From the NCBI GenBank assembly GCA_016183265.1, contig JACPEX010000027.1, positions 1 through 46,199 on the forward strand: DNA of 46,199 bases, in the 5' to 3' direction. Position numbers and translations under genes: made by a program. Every line of letters starts with the position of its first letter. Position 1 is the stretch's first letter. Positions 26,379 to 36,308 of this stretch are shown piece after piece. A model generated the notes under the pieces. That model did no database searches. It worked only from the letters and a program-made list of their open reading frames with translations, and was not told where the DNA came from. The DNA is from Candidatus Daviesbacteria bacterium. GTDB taxonomy: Bacteria > Patescibacteriota > Microgenomatia > Daviesbacterales > UBA10151.

Positions 26379-28115
26379 TTAATCCTGCGCTACCCGCAAA
26401 ATTTCCTCCATTGTTGTTACCCCCTCCAAAACTTTCAAATAACCATCCTGCTTCATTGTGACCATACCTTGCGCAATCGCAGTCTCTTCGATACTGCCTG
26501 AAGATGCATGTTCTAAAATCAATTTAGTAACTTGTTCCGAGATAGTCAGCACTTCAAAGATACCAATTCGACCCAGATAACCGGTATTTGCGCAAAAAGA
26601 ACATCCCTTGCCCTTAAAAAGTTTGAACCCGCCGGATGCTGAAACAGGCTCGCCTCGCGAAACGGGCAGCAACTTACCTAAAACCGACTTAATATTTTCA
26701 ATTACCTCGGGCGGGGCGCTAAATTCTACCCGGCAATGGGGGCAAATTTTGCGGACTACACGTTGTGCCATAGCTGCATTTAAAGCTGAGGCCAGTAAAA
26801 ACGGTTCAACCCCCATATCCAAAAGCCGGGGCGGCGCACCGGCTGATGAATTAGTATGCAGGGTAGAAAAAACCTGATGACCGGTTAAAGAAGCTTGAAT
26901 TGCCAAGTCAGCAGTTTCAGTATCCCGGATCTCGCCAACCATAATAATATTTGGATCCTGCCGCAAAAAGCTTCTTAGCGCTGAGGCAAAAGTTAAACCA
27001 ACTTGAGGATTAACTTGGACCTGATTAACGCCGGGAATTTGATATTCAACCGGATCTTCAATCGTGACTACATTAACTCTAGTAGAGGAAATTTTGCTTA
27101 AAACAGAATAAAGGGTGGTAGTTTTCCCCGACCCGGTTGGCCCGCAGATTAGGATAATTCCGTGAGGCCGCAAGAGCTGGACTTCTAAAGCCTTAAGGGC
27201 GCTCCCTCTTAAACCCAATTCTAAAAGAGAGGGGGCGGCAGTTGATTTAGGTAAAAGCCTCATCACTACTTTTTCACCGAAAACTGTTGGCACAGTAGAA
27301 ATCCGCAGGTCGATTACATTTTGTCCGTAAGCAAAAGTAAATCTTCCGTCCTGAGGCAATCTCTTTTCGTCAATTTTTAGAACAGAAAGAATCTTGATTC
27401 TTGAAATCAATGCGTCATGTACCCCTTTTGGCAGCAAAATTTTCTCCTGTAAAACACCGTCAATCCTGTATCTAACCCTGGTCCGGTCTTCTTGGGGCTC
27501 AATGTGGATATCGGATGCCCGACTTTTGATAGCATATTCCAAAAGCTGATCTACGATATTAGAAACCGGGGCTTCACGCAAAATCTCCGGACCTGCCTGT
27601 GTTTTCTCAAGAGGTTTAATAGCTTCTACTTCTTTTAAAGCAGAAGTTACTTCTGAAGTTAAGTTTTGCGAGTATTGATCGGCAATAGCTTTGAGGATAT
27701 CTTCTTCCTGCGCAAGATATGGTTTAACCCTAAGTCCGGCTCTTTTTTCGATAAACTGAATTATTTGAATATCTAAAGGATCAACCATCGCTACCCACAA
27801 TTCTTCTCCTTTTTTATCAAATGGAATAATCATGTAGCGTTTGGCAGCCGGTTCCGGGATCAAATTTAGGATATCTCCGGCAATAGCCCTGTCAGTTAGT
27901 TTAATATAGGGGATATTGAGAAGCTGGGCTTTAGATTGGGTTATTTTATCCAAGGGTACTAAATTATGCGCAGTTAGAATCTTTTCTACGGTTTGGCCGG
28001 AATTAATACTTTCCAATTTAATAGCAGACAATTGGTCTGAGTTAATTAATCCTTGTTTGAAAAGAATATCTTCTAAAGAAGTATTTTGGGAATTTTGGGA
28101 CAGATTTATGGGCAT
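26379..28115 (-). CDS. pilB: type IV pilus assembly ATPase PilB (GspE family)
   Basis: 578 aa. N-terminal GSPII_E_N-like domain, Walker A GPTGSGKTTT, TLHTNSSAG, tetracysteine CPHC...CSFC. Confidence 0.9.
   Translation of the reverse strand: MPINLSQNSQNTSLEDILFKQGLINSDQLSAIKLESINSGQTVEKILTAHNLVPLDKITQSKAQLLNIPYIKLTDRAIAGDILNLIPEPAAKRYMIIPFDKKGEELWVAMVDPLDIQIIQFIEKRAGLRVKPYLAQEEDILKAIADQYSQNLTSEVTSALKEVEAIKPLEKTQAGPEILREAPVSNIVDQLLEYAIKSRASDIHIEPQEDRTRVRYRIDGVLQEKILLPKGVHDALISRIKILSVLKIDEKRLPQDGRFTFAYGQNVIDLRISTVPTVFGEKVVMRLLPKSTAAPSLLELGLRGSALKALEVQLLRPHGIILICGPTGSGKTTTLYSVLSKISSTRVNVVTIEDPVEYQIPGVNQVQVNPQVGLTFASALRSFLRQDPNIIMVGEIRDTETADLAIQASLTGHQVFSTLHTNSSAGAPPRLLDMGVEPFLLASALNAAMAQRVVRKICPHCRVEFSAPPEVIENIKSVLGKLLPVSRGEPVSASGGFKLFKGKGCSFCANTGYLGRIGIFEVLTISEQVTKLILEHASSGSIEETAIAQGMVTMKQDGYLKVLEGVTTMEEILRVAQD
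26647..26666. repeat. GC-rich 20-mer GGCTCGCCTCGCGAAACGGG inside pilB (19/20 identical to 8554-8573 in trmD)
   Basis: Direct comparison of the two plus-strand sequences. In pilB it is read on the opposite strand (PVSRGEPVS), in the loop between the two Cys pairs. Confidence 0.6.
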
Positions 28116-28121
28116 ATATCC

Positions 28122-28150
28122 ATTATGTTAAAATCTGACCATGATTGCAA
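28122..28150 (-). promoter_or_regulatory. candidate pilB promoter TTGCAA-17-CATAAT, -10 box ends 6 nt before the ATG; -35 lies inside holB codons 2-3
   Basis: Minus-strand reading: TTGCAA (28150-28145), 17 nt, CATAAT (28127-28122), ggatat, ATG 28115. Confidence 0.45.
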
Positions 28151-28758
28151 GACTGCTGATTTGTCCGGATGTTGCAAAGATTAAAGAAGAAATAGCTTTA
28201 CACCTCGAAGGCGTCAAGCTAAATCATCCTGATGTTTTATATTTTAAAGTAGGAGAAAAATTGGGGATTGCCGAAGCCAGAAAAATTAAAGAACACTTTT
28301 CCTTAAAGCCTTATTCAGCAAAAGGGAGAAGTGTAATTATAGAAGATGCTTCAGTCATGACGGTTGAGGCTCAGAATGCTCTTTTGAAAACTATTGAAGA
28401 ATTGCCCAAAGAAGCAATCTTGATTTTTGGAACCCCGTCTGATGCCAATTTCTTGCCTACAATTTTATCAAGATGCGAGATAATTAGAATCAAGGATGAC
28501 GAATTAAGAATTAAGGAGGGTAAAGAAGATGTAGAAAAATTACTTGAAGCAACAATTGAACAAAGATTTGAGTATGTAGAAAAATTGAAAAACAGGGAAG
28601 AATTTTTGCAGGCCTTAGTTTGGTATTTTCACCAGCATTTATTGGAGTACCCAAAGTTTACCAAAGAGCTTCTGCAGGCAGAAAAATTAGCCAAGCAAAA
28701 TGTCAATATCAGGGCAATTTTAGAATATCTAATGCTGGTAATGCCTATGCCAAAATGA
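28141..28758 (+). CDS. holB: DNA polymerase III delta'-like clamp-loader subunit (short form, no Walker A)
   Basis: 205 aa. VIIEDASVMTVEAQNALLKTIEE and the TILSRCEII (SRC) motif. TAAAAT ends 6 nt upstream of the ATG. Confidence 0.6.
   Translation: MIARLLICPDVAKIKEEIALHLEGVKLNHPDVLYFKVGEKLGIAEARKIKEHFSLKPYSAKGRSVIIEDASVMTVEAQNALLKTIEELPKEAILIFGTPSDANFLPTILSRCEIIRIKDDELRIKEGKEDVEKLLEATIEQRFEYVEKLKNREEFLQALVWYFHQHLLEYPKFTKELLQAEKLAKQNVNIRAILEYLMLVMPMPK
28499..28516. repeat. partial copy of the gaattaa heptamer family inside holB
   Basis: gacgaattaagaattaagg matches the left arm of the 16271-16337 hairpin. It encodes DELRIKE. Confidence 0.4.
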
Positions 28759-30720
<1,962 letters not shown>

Positions 30721-30723
30721 CTT

Positions 30724-30753
30724 CCCACCCTCCAGGTGGATTAGCTTGACACC
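30724..30753. repeat. REP2 hairpin copy (CCACC-ctcca-GGTGG core with the extended arm on the right side)
   Basis: cccaccctccaggtggattagcttgacacc. The right flank is the reverse complement of the ggtgccaagctaat flank seen at 42529 and 43289. Confidence 0.7.
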
Positions 30754-30801
30754 TCTTCTTTTCTCGCATTAGAAAGGTAAAGATCATATAATATAACTCA
30801 T

Positions 30802-32050
30802 ATGTCTAAAAAAATTCATTTTTTAGGAATTGGGGGGAGCGGGGCGTCGGCAGTAGCGGCAATAGCCGAAGCCCAGGGTTTTAAAATCACAGGATGTGAT
30901 TTAGAGCCCAATAACGAATTTACAACACAATTTAATAGTTTACTTGTAGGTCATGATCCTAGCCACTTAACAAATATTGATATTTTGGCAACCACTCCTG
31001 CCATTTTTTCTTTAGACCCAAATAACCCAGAATTAGTCGCTGCTAAAGAAAAGGGTATTCCAGTGATGACTTGGCAGCAATTTTTAGGGGAATACTTGGT
31101 TAAGGGCAAATTTGTGATAGCCGTTGCCGGCACTCATGGAAAATCAACCACCACTGCCATGATTGCCCAACTTTTAGAGGATGCCAGATTAGACCCAACA
31201 GTCGAACTAGGAGCAATTGTGCCAAAATGGGGCTCAAATTATCGAATTGGCAAAAGTAAATATCTTGTGGTAGAAGCAGATGAATTCAATGATAATTTTT
31301 TGCATTTAAAACCGGATATTACCGTTGTTACTAATATTGAAATGGATCACCCTGAATATTTTAAGGATTTTGAGGCAGTTAAAAGTAGTTTTAAAAAGTT
31401 TTTACTGCAAACAAAAAGCACCATCATTGCAAATTTGGCAGATCCTGGAGTAAAACAAACTTTAGTCTTACACCCCAAGGGTGTAAATATAACTATTGAT
31501 TATTCAAAACATCTCATAGATTTTCCATTACAAATCCCCGGGCAATTTAATATCTTAAATTCCTCTGCCGTTTTTCAAGTAGGACTAATTTTAGGAATTG
31601 ATCCTGCTGTTATTAAAGAGAGCTTACAAAATTATAAGGGGGTTGGCAGAAGGTTTGAGTATATTGGGGAATATAATGGAGCCAAAGTTTATTCTGATTT
31701 TGGTCACCACCCCACAGAAATTGAAGTTACCATTAATGCAGCCAGGGAAAAATTTCCCAATCAAAAAATCATCATGGTCTACCAACCGCATATGTTTTCA
31801 AGGACCAAGGCTTTATTTGCTGATTTTGTGAAGGTTTTCCAAAACCTGCCGGCTGATAAAATATTTATCATTGATATTTATCCTTCCAGGGAAATAGATA
31901 CCGGTCAATCGACCTTCAGTTTTATATGCGGGATCTGCTACAAAAACTTTAGAAAAAATTAAACCGGAAATAAAACCAGGAGATATTGTTTTCTTTATGA
32001 GCGCAGGAGATACAGATAAATTAGCTAAAGAGCTCGTCACAGCGAAGTAA
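30802..32050 (+). CDS. murC: UDP-N-acetylmuramate--L-alanine ligase MurC, interrupted by a +1 frame change near 31898-31935
   Basis: GIGGSGASAVA and the P-loop AGTHGKSTTTAM. Frame 1 ends at 31962 in non-MurC sequence (QSTFSFICGICYKNFRKN*). The next frame reads VNRPSVLYAGSATKTLEKIKPEIKPGDIVFFMSAGDTDKLAKELVTAK* (stop 32048-32050), which is a typical MurC C-terminus. Confidence 0.8.
31468..31486. repeat. REP1 hairpin copy 3, in frame inside murC
   Basis: ttacaccccaagggtgtaa encodes LHPKGV. Confidence 0.7.
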
Positions 32051-34364
32051 CATATTTTTTAAATTGGTTTCCCCTGTCTGCATAATCCTTGAACAAATTA
32101 AAACTACTTGACGCCGGCGAGAGAAGAACTATTTTACCGGGGCTTGTATGTTCAAAAGCCAGTTCAACGGCATCTTTCATATTATTTACATTAAAATACT
32201 TGATACTTGATACTTGATACTTGATACATGCTTGTTTTATTTTTTCTCCTGTATCCGGAAATAGAATTAAATTTTTTATATTAGATTTTGCTATGGCTTC
32301 TCCCAAAATAGAGTAATCAATACCCCTATCAAAACCTCCGGCAATTAATGTTTCAACATTTTCACCTAAAGCTTGCAACGCTCCAATTGTTGCCTGTGGA
32401 ATTGTAGCCAAAGAATCATTGTAAAATTTGATCCCTCTAAATTCTCCTACAAATTCTAGCCTGTGGGGGAGGGGCTTAAAATTTTTGATTGCCTGGTCAA
32501 TTTCCTCCTGCGGAATGTCAAACAGTTTTCCTATAATTTTGGCTGGGGAGGAATCATCTAAACCATTTTGGGTAAAAGGTATTTTCATTGCTCTATTTTC
32601 TATTGCAACATCTTTGTTGCAGATTAAATAATCTTGTTCTGTTTGGTATTTAGTAATATTACTTTTAGCTGCAAAATACGCTGATAAATTTCCGTGATGG
32701 TCCAAATGTTCTGGATAAAAATTAGTCATTACTGCAATATGCGGGCTTTTAGTTAAACCCTCCAGTTGAAAAGAGGATAGTTCATAAACCACCACAGAAT
32801 TTTCATTTAACTCATCCAATAGATCCAAGGCTGGTTTGCCAATATTGCCTATTACATGCGCATCTATTCCACCAGTTTTTAGAACTTCATAAATCAAAGA
32901 GGACGTGGTACTTTTGCCTTTGGTACCGGTAACCCCGATAATTTGACCCTTAAAATTATCAAAAAATATTTGTGTAGCTGAGGTAATAGTTTTTCCTTCA
33001 TTTTGGGCTTTTCTAATTTCCGGCAAATAAGGAATACCGGGGGATTTAATAATCACATCATAATCTTTTAACTTGTCTAAATAATTTTCTCCATCACTTT
33101 TATCTGTAATGCCGATTTCTGTATTGGGAAAATGCTTTTTATAATAATTTAGAGTTGCCTTGCCTTCCCGCCCAAACCCTAAAATTAAAACTTTCTGGTT
33201 AATTAATGAAAGTGCAGTCTTTATTTCCTCAACTGTTGCAACACATTCAAAAGGCTTAACGACATCATTTTCCCTAAGCAGCCCTTTGATAATTGGTTCT
33301 AAACTTTTGTCTTCTAATAAATTTTTTCCAAAAATTTCGTCTGTTTTCTTGCCTAAAAATGGATAGAGGAGAATATATGTTGAAACACATTTTGGACATT
33401 TACCACACCATATTCCTTGCTTGGAACCGCGGTTACAGCTTCTAAAAATCTTGTGGTATTTTTCCATTTTGGAAAACATCTCGGATATCTGCAGTTCACC
33501 AAAAGATCTTAAATAACTAAAATAATTGGCAGAAGAAGCCAGATATTTACTAGAATAATCCCTAAAGTCTTTTTCAAATTCAGAAGTTTTAGAATACTGG
33601 TGGTTAATTTCCTGACCCATCCAGGTAACATTGCCCTCGTTGGAAGAAGCCTCATTAGAGACAACCAGATTTTTATAATCATATAAAACACCCGTTAGGA
33701 CAGAAAGAAAAGCCAGATATGCAGAAAAAGGGGTATGGCCATTTAAATATCCCTGGGCATTTAATTCCAGTAATTTTGGATCAATTATTCTTTTGATAAT
33801 TATTGAATTCTTACAGCCTCCAGCTTCTGCCATTTTTATTGCAGCTTCAGTTGGATTTAAAAGAAGACAACTATATTCTTTGCCTTTACTAATCGACTCC
33901 AGTGTTACAGCAGAATCTTTGCCGCCCCCAACCATTACCAAATCCCGGTCTTTCAACTCTCCATCAAATTTAGCCTGCAACCTGGAAGGTTGCCGCACAA
34001 ATTCCACTAAATCTTCTTTTGTAAAATCAATTTTATTGGTGTAGAAAAATTCCCCTAAACCTTTTATTAAAAGCTTCTTCCAGAACTTGATTTGGTCTTC
34101 ATCCAAATCACCTGCCTTAATAATAATTTGTTTAGGGCAAGCTGCTTTCCAATAGCTTAAAAGCTCAACCATTCCAAGATTAAAAACTAAATTATCTATG
34201 TTTCCCGGATTTTTGACATTAGGAAATATCACTTGGGGTTTAAACCTAATATCAGGAGTTAGCAAAAAGTCAAAAGTAACGTGAAGGTAGCCATTTTCCT
34301 GCTCGATTTTATACCCCTCAAAGACAAGCTGTTGGTGTTTCTGCCTTAATTTATTAAAATCCAT
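32037..34364 (-). CDS. murD: fusion protein: N-terminal PP-loop ATP-pyrophosphatase-like domain (MurL-like candidate) + C-terminal UDP-MurNAc-L-Ala--glutamate ligase (MurD family)
   Basis: 775 aa. C-terminal half: KVLILGFGREGKA, GVTGTKGKSTTSSL, NFYPEHLDHHG, PHRLEF, YNDSLATIP (MurD). N-terminal ~390 aa: VGGGKDSAV (SGGxDS-like PP-loop) and a Cys cluster SCNRGSKQGIWCGKCPKCVSTY. Confidence 0.75.
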   Translation of the reverse strand: MDFNKLRQKHQQLVFEGYKIEQENGYLHVTFDFLLTPDIRFKPQVIFPNVKNPGNIDNLVFNLGMVELLSYWKAACPKQIIIKAGDLDEDQIKFWKKLLIKGLGEFFYTNKIDFTKEDLVEFVRQPSRLQAKFDGELKDRDLVMVGGGKDSAVTLESISKGKEYSCLLLNPTEAAIKMAEAGGCKNSIIIKRIIDPKLLELNAQGYLNGHTPFSAYLAFLSVLTGVLYDYKNLVVSNEASSNEGNVTWMGQEINHQYSKTSEFEKDFRDYSSKYLASSANYFSYLRSFGELQISEMFSKMEKYHKIFRSCNRGSKQGIWCGKCPKCVSTYILLYPFLGKKTDEIFGKNLLEDKSLEPIIKGLLRENDVVKPFECVATVEEIKTALSLINQKVLILGFGREGKATLNYYKKHFPNTEIGITDKSDGENYLDKLKDYDVIIKSPGIPYLPEIRKAQNEGKTITSATQIFFDNFKGQIIGVTGTKGKSTTSSLIYEVLKTGGIDAHVIGNIGKPALDLLDELNENSVVVYELSSFQLEGLTKSPHIAVMTNFYPEHLDHHGNLSAYFAAKSNITKYQTEQDYLICNKDVAIENRAMKIPFTQNGLDDSSPAKIIGKLFDIPQEEIDQAIKNFKPLPHRLEFVGEFRGIKFYNDSLATIPQATIGALQALGENVETLIAGGFDRGIDYSILGEAIAKSNIKNLILFPDTGEKIKQACIKYQVSSIKYFNVNNMKDAVELAFEHTSPGKIVLLSPASSSFNLFKDYADRGNQFKKYVTSL
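32197..32230. repeat. perfect tandem heptamer (tacttga x4 plus a partial unit) inside the MurD-domain coding region
   Basis: tacttgatacttgatacttgatacttgatacatg. It translates on the minus strand as IKYQVSSIKY. Confidence 0.7.
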
Positions 34365-34371
34365 TAGCTTA

Positions 34372-34393
34372 ATTATACCCTACGCGGTATAAT
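34372..34393. promoter_or_regulatory. back-to-back TATAAT boxes forming a 7-bp inverted repeat (TTATACC-ctacgc-GGTATAA) in the 40-nt divergent murD-fusion/murF gap
   Basis: Plus-strand TATAAT at 34388-34393, 11 nt before murF ATG 34405. Minus-strand TATAAT at 34377-34372, 7 nt before ATG 34364. Confidence 0.45.
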
Positions 34394-34404
34394 TTAGGTT
34401 CGAC

Positions 34405-35631
34405 ATGATTAATCGATTAAAGAAATCATTGTATTTTTCTATAGCTTATTATTTTAGATTTTTTGCCCAAATACAGTTAAATATCTGGAAACCAAAAACC
34501 ATCGTCATAACTGGATCAAATGGCAAAACTACACTTCTGCATTTAGTAGAGTCACAACTTGGGGATCAGGCAAAATATTCCCACCACGCCAACAGTGCTT
34601 ATGGTATCCCGTTTGATATCTTGGGCCTCCAAAGAAAAACTTTAAACCTGTTTGAATGGCCATATTTATTTTTGATGGCTCCTTTTTCCGCCTTTAAATC
34701 GCCTCCCAAACAAAAGATATACATCGTGGAAGCAGACTGTGACAGGCCAAAAGAGGGACAATTTTTGGGATCCTTATTAAAACCTGAAGTGACTATCTGG
34801 CTTTCAGTTTCCAAGACACATAGCATAAATTTTAAAAGTCTTGATGATATCGCTTTTGAATTTGGATTTTTCTTAAAATATTGCCAAGATTACGCTATTA
34901 TTAACGGAGATAATTACTTAATAACAAAACAATTACCTAGAACAAGAGTAACCACCGAAAAAATATCCAAAAAGAACAATTTACAAGAGTACCGGGTTTT
35001 ACAAAATGCTACAGAATTTATAATTAATAACAAAGAATATTCTTTTAAGTTCTTACTGCCTGAGGATACTTTTTATTCCATAAAAGCCACGAACGGACTA
35101 TTAAATTATCTAAAAATACCTGCAAATAATTTTAGCAATTTTACTTTACCGCCCGGCAGAAGCTCGGTATTTTCCGGCATAAAGAATACAACCATTATTG
35201 ACAGCAGTTATAATGCCACCCCTGCTTCTATGGAAGCTGCTATTGATATGTATAAATTATATCCTGGTAAAAACAAATGGGCAATAATTTCAGATATGGT
35301 AGAGCTGGGGGAAGAAGAGGAAATTGAACATAAAAACCTTGCCAAATTGATCAATGACTGCGCATTAGATAAAGTAATTTTAATGGGCCCAAGAGTATTA
35401 AAGTACACCTTGCCAAATCTGCAGGGAGTTTCCCTTGAAAGCTTCTTAACCCCTAAAGAAGTATTAGGATATTTAGAAAATAATATTAGGGGAGGGGAAA
35501 CGATTTTCTTCAAAGGGGCTAGATTCTTGGAAGGAGTTATTGAACATCTACTTAAAAATAAAGAAGACATAAATAAACTTTGCCGGAGGGAAGCCGCGTG
35601 GGAAAAAAGGAGGCAACAATGGGGACTGTAA
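34405..35631 (+). CDS. murF: Mur ligase family protein, MurF-like (UDP-MurNAc-tripeptide--D-Ala-D-Ala ligase)
   Basis: 408 aa. ITGSNGKTT P-loop, IIDSSYNATPASMEAAI, ISDMVELGEEEEIEHKNL. Confidence 0.7.
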   Translation: MINRLKKSLYFSIAYYFRFFAQIQLNIWKPKTIVITGSNGKTTLLHLVESQLGDQAKYSHHANSAYGIPFDILGLQRKTLNLFEWPYLFLMAPFSAFKSPPKQKIYIVEADCDRPKEGQFLGSLLKPEVTIWLSVSKTHSINFKSLDDIAFEFGFFLKYCQDYAIINGDNYLITKQLPRTRVTTEKISKKNNLQEYRVLQNATEFIINNKEYSFKFLLPEDTFYSIKATNGLLNYLKIPANNFSNFTLPPGRSSVFSGIKNTTIIDSSYNATPASMEAAIDMYKLYPGKNKWAIISDMVELGEEEEIEHKNLAKLINDCALDKVILMGPRVLKYTLPNLQGVSLESFLTPKEVLGYLENNIRGGETIFFKGARFLEGVIEHLLKNKEDINKLCRREAAWEKRRQQWGL

Positions 35632-36308
35632 AGAAAATATTGATACTCCACGGCTGGACTTACTCAACGGAAAAATGGGGACCTTTTTTAAATGATTTAA
35701 AGAAAGACGGCTTTAACGCGGAGCTGCTTAAAATCCCCGGGCTTACTGAAAAGCTGGATGATGTCTGGGATATAGATAATTACGTTGAATGGCTCAACGG
35801 AAAAATACATGAAGATAAAATAATTTTAGTGGGTCACTCAAACGGGGGAAGAATTATATTGGCCTTTGCAGCTAAATATCCTGACAAAATTAAAAAGATT
35901 ATTTTAATAGACAGCGCCGGAATCTATCATAACGAAATGCCGATACGGTTAAAAAGAATCATCTTTAAAACCTTGGCCCGGATAGGGAGAAAAATAACAA
36001 AATCAGAAACTTTAAGAAAAGCACTATACAAGCTGTCAAGAGAAAGTGATTATGAAAATGCGCCGCCGGTAGTTAAAAAAACCATGAATAACATGATTAA
36101 TTTTGATATCACCCCTTTTTTGCGTAAAATAAAAATACCAACTTTAATTATTTGGGGGGCGAAGGATAAAACTACGCCGCTCTCAGACGGAAAGATTATG
36201 CATCAATTAATAAGCAATTCAAAACTGGCAATTATTAATGATGCAAAACACTCTCCGCAATTTACCCATCCGGAGAAAGTTACTGAACTAATCTATGAAT
36301 ATCTTTAA
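35619..36308 (+). CDS. alpha/beta hydrolase
   Basis: Start at MGTVKKILILHGW, preceded by SD AAAGGAGG. Nucleophile elbow VGHSNGG. C-terminal DAKHSP (His). Confidence 0.7.
   Translation: MGTVKKILILHGWTYSTEKWGPFLNDLKKDGFNAELLKIPGLTEKLDDVWDIDNYVEWLNGKIHEDKIILVGHSNGGRIILAFAAKYPDKIKKIILIDSAGIYHNEMPIRLKRIIFKTLARIGRKITKSETLRKALYKLSRESDYENAPPVVKKTMNNMINFDITPFLRKIKIPTLIIWGAKDKTTPLSDGKIMHQLISNSKLAIINDAKHSPQFTHPEKVTELIYEYL

Noticed and set aside
30746-30792. REP2-borne TTGACA as the -35 of a murC promoter
   Set aside because: The hexamer 17 nt downstream is poor (TTAGAA), and the good TATAAT (30787-30792) is too far from it. The association is probably coincidental.
31813-32040. 75-aa minus-strand ORF at the murC 3' end
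   Set aside because: The plus strand here encodes the frameshifted but recognisable MurC C-terminus, so the minus-strand ORF is a shadow frame.
32197-32230. Tandem repeats as a possible CRISPR array
   Set aside because: The units are 7 nt with no spacers. No 25-40 nt repeat/spacer periodicity and no cas genes occur anywhere in the window.
35208-35651. 147-aa minus-strand ORF
   Set aside because: Antisense to the murF 3' end and the hydrolase start.
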